A stretch of DNA of 46,839 nt, taken from IMG/VR virus record IMGVR_UViG_3300035049_000443, positions 1 through 46,839 of that record. One strand, given 5' to 3'. The DNA comes from a virus. Lineage: Duplodnaviria > Caudoviricetes. Made by a program: the position numbers and the translations under genes. This document shows, in pieces, positions 10,988-20,965 of this stretch; the first letter of the stretch is position 1, and each line of letters starts with the position of its first letter. The notes under the pieces were generated by a model that saw only the letters and a program-made list of their open reading frames with translations, ran no database searches and was not told where the DNA came from.

Positions 10988-13151
10988 TTATCACCTCATC
11001 TTCCGTATGCAAAGTAAAGAAGGCCCTATCATATTGGCCTATCGGATAATGTTTCATATTTTGATCTACTAAGAAAAACCCCTCATCCCCAACCAGGTCT
11101 TTGTAGATGACCGATCCGCTCCAGTTGTTTCCTGAACGATCTTCTCCGGACAAAAGAATGGATGTCCAGCCATAATCATAAGGCCACCCGGAAGCGGCTT
11201 TGAGCATGTCTGTATTGCCGCCCTGTACTGGTTGCCAGTCACCCGCCCAGACGCAATTTAGCCCAGTAATCCCATTGTCTTCATAGGGTTCTGTTGTCAT
11301 ATGATCTTTTGACAATTCATAAGCATGTCCCATTAAGTTGTTCATCCAAATCCATTTTTGGAATTCATATCTGACAACCCCATATGGTTGGCACTCAAAC
11401 GTATTTCCACCTGTTTGGACCTCAGGATACATCCCTCCGCCAATTTCGGCGCAGCATGAATTGTCTGTCTCCCAGCTCTGAACACTTGAATACATGGCCG
11501 TTTTTGCATAAACGACAGATTGCCCTTTAGAAAGATACTCATCATCAATTAACATTCGCCCATAGTAGGTTTGAGATCCCAAGGTGTATCGGTAAATATA
11601 ATATCGAGTGCCGAAAAAATATGAAAAGGGATAAGACTCCCCTTTAGTGTAGCAGACGGCTGGAAACTCATAGGTTTCACCTTCAAAATCAATAAATATG
11701 CTGCAGGCGTTAGCGCCATTTGTATCAACATAACCAGTACAATTCCAGGAACCCCCGCCAGCGTTCCCCAAGACCTCATTGCCATCGAATTGAACTGGAC
11801 AAAAAAAGCCAGCAGAAGGATGGGCTACATAATAATAGGCACATCTGACCTCTATGTAGCATTTTAGGACACCTAAATTACCTTCGCCTATACCAGAATC
11901 AAACACTGGATATAATTTCCGCTTAACCGGATTCCATAGTGCAGCGGCCAAGTCCCCTGGATCAAATGATGCATCATCTGGGACATAGACCTCTTCAAAC
12001 GTAGCAGCAGGCACACCATCTTCATATGTAACCGTTTCCACGATATATCTCGGATCATTTCGCCCAACCTGCCCCCAGTACAGCACATGACTATCGTTCT
12101 CTTGAATATATCCATAGCCAAGTAGCCGAGTGTATTTTTCATGTTGGGTGGGATTGCTCTCATCAAAAAAATAGTCCCATTTCACAGAACTCTTATACGA
12201 AAAAACCGTTTCCATTTCCGCCGTAGACCGGTTCAGCCTGAAAACATGAAGCGTTTCCTCCTGGTCGCCTATCAAGCCGCAAAAGAAATCATCATCTGTT
12301 TTCCAAACATCCCAGCCGATGTGAGTATCAATACCTTGCCCGGTAACAACTTCGTGAAGATTCCTCCGAACTTCTCGGATAAAAGGACCGAACCAGGTGT
12401 CTGAAGCCCAGGTAATCGGACGACCTTTATAGCTGGCAGTTACACCCCATTTCTCGATAGCAAATCCGTCCAGGTCGATATACGTAAAGACCCCCAAGGT
12501 GAATTTATCATAAACCTTGGTCCATTCCCGCCGGATTGCCTTGGTCAAATCGCTACAGGCAAGGTCAGAAGCTGGCGGATTGTCTAAGGCGGAAAAGATG
12601 TTGAACTCATTCTCAGGGTCCCCCAGGGTGAGTTGATTTAATTCCTGATGATTGTATAAATCCGCATAGTGCCGGCGATAACAAGATTCGATATCCCCAG
12701 AGGCTTTTGAATCAACCCCTAGCAGCTGCCCGTTAAAACAATGAACAAACGATCCATACAGTCGTGATCCAGAAAGAGATTCTATCGTACCGTATCCGTC
12801 ATCGCCGCATTCGACCGCCTCTCCGGACTCAAAACTGCCATCAATGTTGGAAAGAACGATCTTTCGGGTTTCGTCCCCAGTCACCACCAACAAATAAGTT
12901 TCTTCGCCAGCCATCTTTTCTTGAATATCTGTCGGCACAGGTGTCCAGATTTTGCACTTGAACTGATTAAAGCATACAGAACACTCGACATGCACATCAT
13001 CGTGAAGCCAGACCCGCCGGACCCCCTGAGACAATCCCCGGGCAGCCATCTCGGCTTTCAATATTTCCATCTGACTCTGGGCCAGCCCAATAAAAACCTC
13101 AGACCTGGCCTTGTTGCCAGAAAGGATTATTTTATTCCGCCAGTCTTTCAA
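10980..13151 (-). CDS. Tail-associated / possible receptor-binding protein, 723 aa
   Basis: Long ORF overlapping both neighbours; aromatic/Gly/Cys-rich beta-type composition; function inferred from position only. Confidence 0.55.
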   Translation of the reverse strand: MKDWRNKIILSGNKARSEVFIGLAQSQMEILKAEMAARGLSQGVRRVWLHDDVHVECSVCFNQFKCKIWTPVPTDIQEKMAGEETYLLVVTGDETRKIVLSNIDGSFESGEAVECGDDGYGTIESLSGSRLYGSFVHCFNGQLLGVDSKASGDIESCYRRHYADLYNHQELNQLTLGDPENEFNIFSALDNPPASDLACSDLTKAIRREWTKVYDKFTLGVFTYIDLDGFAIEKWGVTASYKGRPITWASDTWFGPFIREVRRNLHEVVTGQGIDTHIGWDVWKTDDDFFCGLIGDQEETLHVFRLNRSTAEMETVFSYKSSVKWDYFFDESNPTQHEKYTRLLGYGYIQENDSHVLYWGQVGRNDPRYIVETVTYEDGVPAATFEEVYVPDDASFDPGDLAAALWNPVKRKLYPVFDSGIGEGNLGVLKCYIEVRCAYYYVAHPSAGFFCPVQFDGNEVLGNAGGGSWNCTGYVDTNGANACSIFIDFEGETYEFPAVCYTKGESYPFSYFFGTRYYIYRYTLGSQTYYGRMLIDDEYLSKGQSVVYAKTAMYSSVQSWETDNSCCAEIGGGMYPEVQTGGNTFECQPYGVVRYEFQKWIWMNNLMGHAYELSKDHMTTEPYEDNGITGLNCVWAGDWQPVQGGNTDMLKAASGWPYDYGWTSILLSGEDRSGNNWSGSVIYKDLVGDEGFFLVDQNMKHYPIGQYDRAFFTLHTEDEVING

Positions 13152-13591
13152 AAGTTGTGCCCCCGGACAATCGGCAGGACCGCCACATGATCAATGGCAA
13201 ATCCAGCGCCGGCAAACTTAAAAGTGAAATACCGACCATACAGCTTCCGACTAATAGCTACACGATAACCACTTTGGAGGTCTGTCGTGGCCGGCAGAAT
13301 GTACGTATCTGACAGACTATTCTCAGTGGATACAGTCATGGTGATGGCGGAGGTTGCCTCATAGCCGATATAGGCATATCTGAGCCGCTTTTCATTCGGG
13401 AGGCCAAAGTCCATCGTTGGGAGTTCAAAATAACTACTGATGGCAGATCCGTTATCATTATCTCTAGAGAACTGGAACAAACCATTGCTGGAAGCACAAA
13501 AAAAGGAGCCATTAAATTTCACCAGAGAATTAATATCCAGCACATACTGACTGGTGGCCTTGTTCTCCAGATTGGTATCAAGAATTATCAT
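13148..13591 (-). CDS. Tail-associated structural protein, 147 aa
   Basis: Coupled ORF (ATGA overlap); MDFG...KRLRYAY motif typical of podovirus tail nozzle C-terminal-like domains. Confidence 0.6.
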   Translation of the reverse strand: MIILDTNLENKATSQYVLDINSLVKFNGSFFCASSNGLFQFSRDNDNGSAISSYFELPTMDFGLPNEKRLRYAYIGYEATSAITMTVSTENSLSDTYILPATTDLQSGYRVAISRKLYGRYFTFKFAGAGFAIDHVAVLPIVRGHNF

Positions 13592-14619
13592 CTGGCATAT
13601 CCTTTTACATACCTGAGAACCCCGGAGACATCCCCGGATTCCATCAAGGCAGTAAACATCGGCAGGCTGGCATCGATGTTATTATCACCAGTTACAATGC
13701 TGCTGATCCGGGACTTCAGTGTAGGCAACGATCCTTCAATATCTCCAATGTTCCCGGCAATCCCGGTCAGCTTCAATGTCATCCTGGGCAGTGAGTTTGA
13801 GATTTCCGCGACCAATTCGCTATCGCCGGATACGGTCATAGACAAACTTGGGATACGGCAATCCATGTCAGCCATCGGTCCGGGAAGGATGTTGGCGGAA
13901 AGCTTTAAGGACGGCAGACTGGCAACAAAATCAACAGGTTCGTCCTTGCTCAAGTCAGCACTGAGCGTCATAGTTGGGAGCGTGGCAACCATACGCCCAC
14001 CAGCGTACCATTCAGCGGTCAGGCTGGGCAGAGTTGATTTAAAATCAATCTTGTGCCCGGCGTCGCCATCCAGCTCAAGTGTGAGCGATGGCAGACTTTC
14101 GATCAGTCCGGCACCGGAACCAATCGAACCAGTCAGCGCCGGAAGGGCAGCCTCAAAATCCGCCGATCTGTCATAAGTCGTGCTGTGAACATCAGCATCG
14201 AGTAGCAGCGACGGAAGGCTGGCTTCAAAATCAACATGGTTATACACATTGATCTCGCAAGACAGAGACGGCAGGTCTGTGACAAAATAAGGATCAAAGT
14301 CTGGGAAATAAATAAAGACGCACTCAACTGTCGGGCTGACCAGCTCATCGGTGGTTTCAAGAGTTTGTTTTACCTCGATAATGTCTGCATGACTCTCTGT
14401 GTCTTCATCAAAGGCAGCTGTTAACTCATCGCGGTTATCAACTACTGTCCAGGAGGTCCAGGATGATCCATTGTCAAAAGACGCCCGGATCTCAGTGGTT
14501 AGGGTTTCCCCATTATCATCACCGATCCAGCCAATATACGGCTTGAACCAATGAGATACCGACGTAATGTCAATCTCAACGGTTCGATTGCCAGATGTTT
14601 CGACGTAAAAAAGGGTCAT
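13588..14619 (-). CDS. Tail/fibre-associated protein with many LP(S/A/T)L repeats
   Basis: ATG at 14619 overlaps the upstream TGA; about a dozen xxxLPxL units spaced ~18-25 aa. Confidence 0.65.
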   Translation of the reverse strand: MTLFYVETSGNRTVEIDITSVSHWFKPYIGWIGDDNGETLTTEIRASFDNGSSWTSWTVVDNRDELTAAFDEDTESHADIIEVKQTLETTDELVSPTVECVFIYFPDFDPYFVTDLPSLSCEINVYNHVDFEASLPSLLLDADVHSTTYDRSADFEAALPALTGSIGSGAGLIESLPSLTLELDGDAGHKIDFKSTLPSLTAEWYAGGRMVATLPTMTLSADLSKDEPVDFVASLPSLKLSANILPGPMADMDCRIPSLSMTVSGDSELVAEISNSLPRMTLKLTGIAGNIGDIEGSLPTLKSRISSIVTGDNNIDASLPMFTALMESGDVSGVLRYVKGYAR

Positions 14620-15740
14620 GTTGCCCGGCCCCAAGAAAAGGTGACATTAAGCACTAAAGCCTCCGTATCTTCCACATAAAGCAATGGTGCTACGCATTCA
14701 TATTCGACACCGTTACCATCTGTGACAGTGCCACCAACTGTGGTGGGCCAGGTAGGTGCGGCTGTATGGGATGTCCCCCCGGTGGTTACTTCATAAATGA
14801 ATTCATCATCCAATGCCGAAATGAATTTATCTCCGACTGTATAGGAAGTAGATGGTGCCCATTCAGTCTCAGAATACATGTTGTATCCTGGTGACAGGCC
14901 GATCTCGAAAAGGATAAGGTTCCAACTAGTTTCCAGTCCCGCACAAAGAAAATCAGCTTGATTATCAGTGTAAACTCCAGCATACCATTCCAGGTTGAAA
15001 GTAACCTCAAAAGAGTCATCAACGTAAGAGTCCATAGACACTGCACTTGGATGAATCCCAGCAGATGGATAAGCGATTCCTGGCGTGGTAGTGCTGTAAT
15101 CCACAATGGTATGATCAAGTCGCCAGCACTTGGTGGCATTCAGCTTGTTGATCGCATTTCTTGGAAACCAAACAGAAGAATCGCTTGGACTGAAGTTGAC
15201 TGGATAAAAGAAATCAGCAACCGGCCCAGAGGATTGAGAAAACGATTGACCGTCAATAGTCACAGCCGATTGTGCTGTCTTGGAATTGCTTGCTGCCCAA
15301 TAGACTCGGACAAGACAGTAAATGTCCAAGGTGTCGCTTGCACCAACAGTGATTGTTGTAGCGTTCCCATCGTGGTCAAGAAAGAGCTGGCGGTTAAACA
15401 ACGAGGTGCCATCTGAAAGACCCATTTCCGCCAAAGTACCTTCTGCTGCCCCAGCTGAAAAACTGTACTTTCTCCTTACTCCGACATATCCAGCTGTTCT
15501 ATCGTATACATGTGAATCAGCGACAATGGTGGTTGTGCTGGCAATTTCAGAAACCAAGGCCGTGTCACTATCTGCTGGAGCAGTATTGCCAGATCCCACA
15601 TGACACTCCGCAGTCAACTGATTCAATGACTTTGTAACCATCTTGTTCAGGCCATAATCCGTCACATGATTATGGAACTGCCCCACAAGAACCCCATTGA
15701 GATAAACTGAAAATTCGCCCCCGACAGTAAGTCTGATCAT
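14616..15740 (-). CDS. Tail fibre/baseplate-like protein, 374 aa, with C-terminal carbohydrate-binding-like insert
   Basis: N-terminal VGSGNTAPADSDTAL...EMGL...LFNR tail-collar-like motif; WAPSTSYTVGD...GTSHTAAPTWPTTVGGTVTDG module. Confidence 0.65.
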   Translation of the reverse strand: MIRLTVGGEFSVYLNGVLVGQFHNHVTDYGLNKMVTKSLNQLTAECHVGSGNTAPADSDTALVSEIASTTTIVADSHVYDRTAGYVGVRRKYSFSAGAAEGTLAEMGLSDGTSLFNRQLFLDHDGNATTITVGASDTLDIYCLVRVYWAASNSKTAQSAVTIDGQSFSQSSGPVADFFYPVNFSPSDSSVWFPRNAINKLNATKCWRLDHTIVDYSTTTPGIAYPSAGIHPSAVSMDSYVDDSFEVTFNLEWYAGVYTDNQADFLCAGLETSWNLILFEIGLSPGYNMYSETEWAPSTSYTVGDKFISALDDEFIYEVTTGGTSHTAAPTWPTTVGGTVTDGNGVEYECVAPLLYVEDTEALVLNVTFSWGRAT

Positions 15741-16261
15741 GTTATTGTGCCCCCTGTGATTGCTACACCAGAAACCTCAGCAGTATTATCATAAAAAGAT
15801 GTTCGACTGCCCCCTGTGATTGCTATGCCTAAAACTTCAGGGCTCTCAAGCATTATGTGACCAGTTTCCAGCATCAGCACATCCTTAAGCACCACCACAT
15901 CCGTCAGCGTTCCGTCCGTCATTTCGTTGTCAATCACATACGGGTCAAGGCCCATGACCAGCAACACAGCAAACTGACGATCATCACCATACCAGGTATC
16001 AACCCCATCAGTAGCCTTGATTCGAAAATGATACGTACTTCCATCCGTGTGAAAGTCATTCAAAGCGGACGCGTCAATAGCAGCCGACACCAATCCAGTA
16101 ACGGAGACAGATTCTGGAGTGGTCTCGCTTCCATATGAACTGGTCTCGCCCCATTCAAAGCTGACATTCAGAGACGCTTCCCCGTGCAGATCATCCAACG
16201 TCCCAGTTAAGGTGATGGATGAACTGCTCAGAGCCGTAGCATATAAAGTGGTGACTGACAT
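15737..16261 (-). CDS. FN3/Ig-like domain virion protein, 174 aa
   Basis: SITLTG...VSFEWGETSSYG...TYHFRIKATDG...YGDD FN3-like pattern; duplicated EVxG(I/V)AITGG at C-terminus. Confidence 0.65.
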   Translation of the reverse strand: MSVTTLYATALSSSSITLTGTLDDLHGEASLNVSFEWGETSSYGSETTPESVSVTGLVSAAIDASALNDFHTDGSTYHFRIKATDGVDTWYGDDRQFAVLLVMGLDPYVIDNEMTDGTLTDVVVLKDVLMLETGHIMLESPEVLGIAITGGSRTSFYDNTAEVSGVAITGGTIT

Positions 16262-16989
16262 CAGCTGGCCGGCAACGTAAGTTGTACAGTGTCAATAGTT
16301 GTCGTACCACCAATACTAATAGCTGTATTGGACATGTTAAACTGACTGCCAGATGTGGAAACAGAACCATCCAAACGAATAGCAGTAGTGGATGCTCCGG
16401 TTGTATAATTGTTGTCATATACCCTAAACCAACCAGCTGTTCCATTTGCCAAACCTTCGCCTGACCAGGTTTCATCAGATTGTTTAGTCAACACACCAGA
16501 AGCTACTTCACCAAAATTGAGTCCATTTGCCGCAGCGCCGCCGGAAAAAGCTCCGGAAGACAGAGTAATGGTAACCAACTTTGTACCAGATTCAGCAGTA
16601 TCTGCATCAGCCGGCTGACTCCCGGAATACACATCAATGACGCAGTTCCGAAAAAGATCAGACAGACTTCCACCTGTTGCATCTGCCAAAATGATCTGCT
16701 CTCCGGCAGCTTCTGTAGCAAGCGAACCAGCGGCCACTTCAACATACCCATCGGCAGAGGCAAGAATTTCATATGTTCCGTCATTGGTTCCCCCAGCAGA
16801 ACCAGCCACGGTAATATACTTCTTCTTGTCAAATACATCCAAGCCGCCAGCAACTCTGGTGATCCGGTCCCGGGAGTCTGTGCCGGTACCATCTTCAAAA
16901 GCGATATCGGTTCCGGTCATCAGATTGGTCGCTTCAGACTCTTGGTCCAGCAGCGCATTTCTCAAACCCGTTGAAAGTCGTAATGCCAT
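16261..16989 (-). CDS. Virion structural (tail) protein, 242 aa
   Basis: MALRLSTGLRNALLD...IDVYSGSQPADAD...GTAGWFR...RLDGSV pattern typical of phage structural proteins. Confidence 0.7.
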   Translation of the reverse strand: MALRLSTGLRNALLDQESEATNLMTGTDIAFEDGTGTDSRDRITRVAGGLDVFDKKKYITVAGSAGGTNDGTYEILASADGYVEVAAGSLATEAAGEQIILADATGGSLSDLFRNCVIDVYSGSQPADADTAESGTKLVTITLSSGAFSGGAAANGLNFGEVASGVLTKQSDETWSGEGLANGTAGWFRVYDNNYTTGASTTAIRLDGSVSTSGSQFNMSNTAISIGGTTTIDTVQLTLPAS

Positions 16990-16998
16990 AACATACTC

Positions 16999-17883
16999 CT
17001 ATTCTAATCCGTGAATAAAATTATAACCTACCATTGATCCAAAACCTGCTTTAGCATTTTCAGGATAAATAACTTTTGCCCTGTTAACATTTATTACCAT
17101 TCCAGCGCTGGTTCCAATTATTGCACCTTCTCTGCTGGCCCAAGCAGCCAGCGGTCCTTGCGACTCAAGACCAATATCCGCAGGCATAACATCAACAAAG
17201 GTGTTTGTCCACTCAATGCCTGGATAAGATAAAACCAGCCGTTGCATCAAAATACCATCCTGAAAAGCGAGATAGTATGTATTCCGTTCAGTAGACACAT
17301 ACAAACCAGTCTTAACTGACTGAATGAAGAGGATCTTTGTATTGTACTGGACAAATCCTTGAGCTTGGTCAAACAAGTCGAAGTTATACAATTCACTGAA
17401 CCAAAGAACATTATCTTTAGAGACAAAAATTCTGCCTCCCATAACTTCGATATGATCTCCGTCAGGAGGTCCTGAAAAAAATCTCGTACTCTCTGGACCA
17501 GTATAAGTTCCCTTTGACCATACATAAGAAACACCGGATTTAATCTTTCCCTTATCAATGCCATTCACATAATATGTAATATCACCAAAACTGGCATAAT
17601 CCACCCGATTACCAGTCATTCCACTGCGGATGCCAGTCAAAGAGCCATCTGCTGCCATAAGGTAAAGAGAATCCCCAGAACAGACATAACATTCAGTTTG
17701 TGTAGCAAAAAGACTATGATAACTTCCGGATTGTAGTTCGGTCAATCCATTGCGTGTTCTGGGCCTGCCTGAACGATCAATAGTTATGTTCACTGCAACT
17801 TGAAGGTCTGTCGGCTGGATACGGACTGGATCATCTACTGTATTTAATCCAGTTGTACCTTTAAAAATTTCTATCGGTTTCAT
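16999..17883 (-). CDS. Tail nozzle/tubular-like beta-propeller protein, 294 aa
   Basis: FKGTTGLNTVDDP...AVNITIDRSGRPRTRNG N-terminus; position after adaptor. Confidence 0.6.
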   Translation of the reverse strand: MKPIEIFKGTTGLNTVDDPVRIQPTDLQVAVNITIDRSGRPRTRNGLTELQSGSYHSLFATQTECYVCSGDSLYLMAADGSLTGIRSGMTGNRVDYASFGDITYYVNGIDKGKIKSGVSYVWSKGTYTGPESTRFFSGPPDGDHIEVMGGRIFVSKDNVLWFSELYNFDLFDQAQGFVQYNTKILFIQSVKTGLYVSTERNTYYLAFQDGILMQRLVLSYPGIEWTNTFVDVMPADIGLESQGPLAAWASREGAIIGTSAGMVINVNRAKVIYPENAKAGFGSMVGYNFIHGLE

Positions 17884-18527
17884 AATAATTCCATTCCACG
17901 AATATCATAAGAAACCGTAAGTTCGAGCGTTCGCAAAGCATTTGAAAACAGCGTGAAGTATTTCATGGTATTAACATTCTCACCTTCAATACCATCTTCA
18001 ATTAGCTCGAATAATTTCCAAGCAGTATAGTTGACCAACAGCGGAATTTGTAAGTGCAGCGGAATACCGTCAGGCACATCAGAATCTTCTGACATATCAA
18101 TTGGGAGGCGATAAAAATGAAGTGTAAGTGTTTCACTGGAAGTAGGAATCCCTTGGTAATAAAGGTTTCCTCCCTTTTCAGCCACCTCATAAATACTGCC
18201 GCTCCGATCTAACAACGGATTAGATTCTGTAAAAGCAATAAAGGAATTGGCAATCTGAATCTCTGTACCATTACCATCAATTACAAATTGTAAATCTCGT
18301 TGATAGGTCGCCGGCATGGATACATACGCAGCATCTGTAGCAGTATCCACAGTATCAATTGTAAACAAGTTGGGCAGCGGCGGGGTTAGGAGAGAACCAA
18401 AAGTTGAAGGCATTCCGCCAGCAATTTCAGCAACACCTTGATTGAGTTTGCCTGGAATGCTGGCCGTTAAAGATGCGTCTTGCATAATATTTACAACAAG
18501 CGCTGTAAGGGAAGCTAAGGTAGCCAT
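17880..18527 (-). CDS. Head-tail adaptor-like protein, 215 aa
   Basis: Helical N-terminus; LHFYRLPIDM...PDGIPLHLQ..LVNY motif typical of adaptors; position. Confidence 0.6.
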   Translation of the reverse strand: MATLASLTALVVNIMQDASLTASIPGKLNQGVAEIAGGMPSTFGSLLTPPLPNLFTIDTVDTATDAAYVSMPATYQRDLQFVIDGNGTEIQIANSFIAFTESNPLLDRSGSIYEVAEKGGNLYYQGIPTSSETLTLHFYRLPIDMSEDSDVPDGIPLHLQIPLLVNYTAWKLFELIEDGIEGENVNTMKYFTLFSNALRTLELTVSYDIRGMELL

Positions 18528-18835
18528 TAGAGGTCATCTCCAGTTATTGGAGTTTCAATGAAGTAACCGTCATTCGGACTGGCTGAAGTTGTAGTAGGTT
18601 CGAGAGTTTCTTCATCTACAGAAGAGACAAAAGGATATGAACTTTCCTTTCTATGAATAGGTACAGACTGGGCTTCACCCAGCGGCTTTGGCGGCGTAAA
18701 ATGAGGATGCTTCGGCTCCCAGCAGGTGTCCGCACAGACAAATAAATTGTCCCAGGTCATGCGACACTCAGAAGCATACCGCTCAAATCCGCATTGATCG
18801 CAAATAACAAGATAATCACCAGGCTTATAAGACAT
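18527..18835 (-). CDS. Small Cys-rich (Zn-binding) virion-cluster protein, 102 aa
   Basis: ICDQCGF...W..LFVC...CWEPKHP motif; SD AAAGGA. Confidence 0.75.
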   Translation of the reverse strand: MSYKPGDYLVICDQCGFERYASECRMTWDNLFVCADTCWEPKHPHFTPPKPLGEAQSVPIHRKESSYPFVSSVDEETLEPTTTSASPNDGYFIETPITGDDL

Positions 18836-18854
18836 AACTTTGTCCTTTTCTGAA

Positions 18855-18886
18855 TAGCCTCCAAGAAAATTAATTCAAGGAGGCTA
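18855..18886 (-). terminator. Hairpin after the decoration gene (possible terminator or stabiliser)
   Basis: TAGCCTCC...GGAGGCTA 8-bp stem right after the stop of 18893-19831; weak U tract. Confidence 0.45.
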
Positions 18887-18892
18887 AAAGCG

Positions 18893-19831
18893 TTAATAAG
18901 CTCTGAGAATCATATAACTGAACGCATGAGCAGTAGCCGGATCTGCCGAACAAGTTACCGTCATCGTATTAGCAGACATAACAACTTTGAGAATCGAGTC
19001 CGTATCGTCAGTCGTATTATAAATTACGATTGGGATATCTGTTGCAAGAGCGCCAGTAACTGTTACTGCTTCTGCAGCATCACCGCCAACAGTTGTATGA
19101 GTCCCTGCATATGCGATATAATGAGAAGGTTTGAATGTTCCTCTGGGACGCAAAACAACATAATGAATACCATGTGTCGTGCTTGGGTCTGCCGAGCACG
19201 TAACTGTAATCTTGCCTGCAGAACAAACTACATCAGAAATAACATCAGTATCATCTGTTGCAGAATAGCATGCAAAAGCAATATCAGTCGCCAATACACC
19301 AGTAATGGTAATATCTTCTGCAGCAGCTCCACCAGTTGTTGTATGCGTACCAGCTGCAAAAATATCCCAGTCAGGCAAACATTTATTTCTCAAAACAGCA
19401 TAAACATATCCATGAGCCGTACTTGGATCTGCACTAGCAGTGATGTCAATGGAGCCTTCATTGGAGATCGCTGCAACAATTTGGTCATTATCATCAGAAA
19501 CTTCATGACCAATAATGGCCAGATCGGAATCCATGATAAGGCCTTCCAAAGAAATAGATTCAGAAGTATCTCCGCCAGCAGAAGTTACTGGACCTCCAGC
19601 AAGATGAACACCATAGCCCATGACAGGGCCTTCAGGAACAAAGAGGCATGATGTAGCAGTGCCGATGTTTACCCATTTAGGGCACATGCCAAGTGAGGCA
19701 TTCGTCAAATAAAAGACACAACCAGGATTGTACCCAGCAGTTCCTGCAGTGGGAATAGTCGATCCAGAAATATTTGTAATATACTTTGTGGTATCAAAGG
19801 TAATACCATTAGGAAAGTTTGTAACACCCAT
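18893..19831 (-). CDS. Capsid decoration-like protein with three tandem ~78-aa repeats, 312 aa
   Basis: Three copies of AG..T..GG...E...G..(A)(T/S)D....DD.D.I......T(A/C)SADP.T.H...Y..LR; strong SD AAAGGAG. Confidence 0.7.
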   Translation of the reverse strand: MGVTNFPNGITFDTTKYITNISGSTIPTAGTAGYNPGCVFYLTNASLGMCPKWVNIGTATSCLFVPEGPVMGYGVHLAGGPVTSAGGDTSESISLEGLIMDSDLAIIGHEVSDDNDQIVAAISNEGSIDITASADPSTAHGYVYAVLRNKCLPDWDIFAAGTHTTTGGAAAEDITITGVLATDIAFACYSATDDTDVISDVVCSAGKITVTCSADPSTTHGIHYVVLRPRGTFKPSHYIAYAGTHTTVGGDAAEAVTVTGALATDIPIVIYNTTDDTDSILKVVMSANTMTVTCSADPATAHAFSYMILRAY

Positions 19832-19952
19832 AATTTTCTCCTTTAGGAATACTTAGTATTATCTCAACTAAATACTTCTGATGAATTTCACACCAGTTTA
19901 CCCAGCGAACAGTACTCTAACTCATCATCAGTAATACTGTTTTGTTTTAAAG

Positions 19953-19991
19953 ACTCTGGAACACTCGACACAGATACAAGTGCTCCAGAGT
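19953..19991 (-). other. 15-bp RNA hairpin downstream of the major capsid gene
   Basis: ACUCUGGAGCACUUG/CGAGUGUUCCAGAGU with two G-U pairs on the minus (coding) strand. Confidence 0.6.
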
Positions 19992-20033
19992 TGTTTACTC
20001 TAACGAAACGTTCACATAATGAACACCAAGTTA

Positions 20034-20954
20034 TCAGGCTCCGGGAGAACCAAAAATTCCCCTGGGATCGGACCAGCCGAATGAGCACCGGAACGTGGCT
20101 TTGAACTTTGCATTCTCAGTATCAAAGTCATTTTCAGTGCCGAAAGAATCTGCCCGACGCTCCATATATTTCAACCCATCCGGACAATTGGTACCTATAA
20201 ACCATGCGTCTGCATCCGTAAGGTAATGATTCACCTTTACTCCTTGAGGGAACTTCTTGGAAGCCCGCAGCGCATTAATGTCATTATTCGCAGTGCCGGA
20301 CTGGCCAACAGATTCCAGAATCCGCATAGCGTCAAATTCCAGCTCGGAAGGAATGATCAGCTTTTGTGGCATAATGGCGATCTTGAGACCGCGATCAGTT
20401 TTGAAATCCGCAATATCGATGCAGGCCTGCTCCAGGGAGGCCTCAGACAGATCAGCCGGCGTAGCAAGTTCATTCCGCCACGTACCTCCAGACTTATTCG
20501 GATGGTCATCAGCACACAGCTCTTTGCCATCAGAGTTAGCGCCCATCGTATAATCAGAGTTGAACGCTCTATTCAAGACGTTTGCTCCAATGATTTCCTT
20601 GGTCTGCCGGATGGAAAAGGCCAGCGCGGATGCCCGTCTCAAGGCAACAGTCACAGCAATACCATCTTCATACATTTCCCGAGTGATGATAAAGCCCAGG
20701 CCGTATGTGACATGCACATACCTGGAGATGAAACCCTGCTCCTGTTCGTCATAAGCAATTCCATTGCCTTCAGTCTTGACCGCAGCCAAACCGAAACCAG
20801 TGACGCCAGCTTCCTCTTCAAAGGCCCGCTGAGAGGTGCCCTTTTCAAAGATATCCATAAACTCAATTGGATATTCTTTATACTTCGTGCCGAACCAGGT
20901 TTTGACTCCTGGGACCAGATCTTTTGCAAAATTACTGGTAGTAATAACACCCAT
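20034..20954 (-). CDS. Major capsid protein (HK97-fold type), 306 aa
   Basis: ITTSNFAKDLVPG...FGLAAVKTEG...YGLGFIITRE..ED...GKELCADDHP...RCSFGWSDPRGIFGSPGA; SD AAGGAGG; follows scaffold/decoration genes. Confidence 0.9.
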   Translation of the reverse strand: MGVITTSNFAKDLVPGVKTWFGTKYKEYPIEFMDIFEKGTSQRAFEEEAGVTGFGLAAVKTEGNGIAYDEQEQGFISRYVHVTYGLGFIITREMYEDGIAVTVALRRASALAFSIRQTKEIIGANVLNRAFNSDYTMGANSDGKELCADDHPNKSGGTWRNELATPADLSEASLEQACIDIADFKTDRGLKIAIMPQKLIIPSELEFDAMRILESVGQSGTANNDINALRASKKFPQGVKVNHYLTDADAWFIGTNCPDGLKYMERRADSFGTENDFDTENAKFKATFRCSFGWSDPRGIFGSPGA

Positions 20955-20965
20955 GGGTCACCTCC

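Noticed and set aside
10980-16261. Diversity-generating retroelement target in the tail genes
   Set aside because: No reverse transcriptase and no TR/VR repeat pair seen in the window
19880-19935. Second hammerhead (CTGATGA...GAAA on the minus strand)
   Set aside because: No stem II closes between the core segments; CTGATGA instead pairs with TCATCAG
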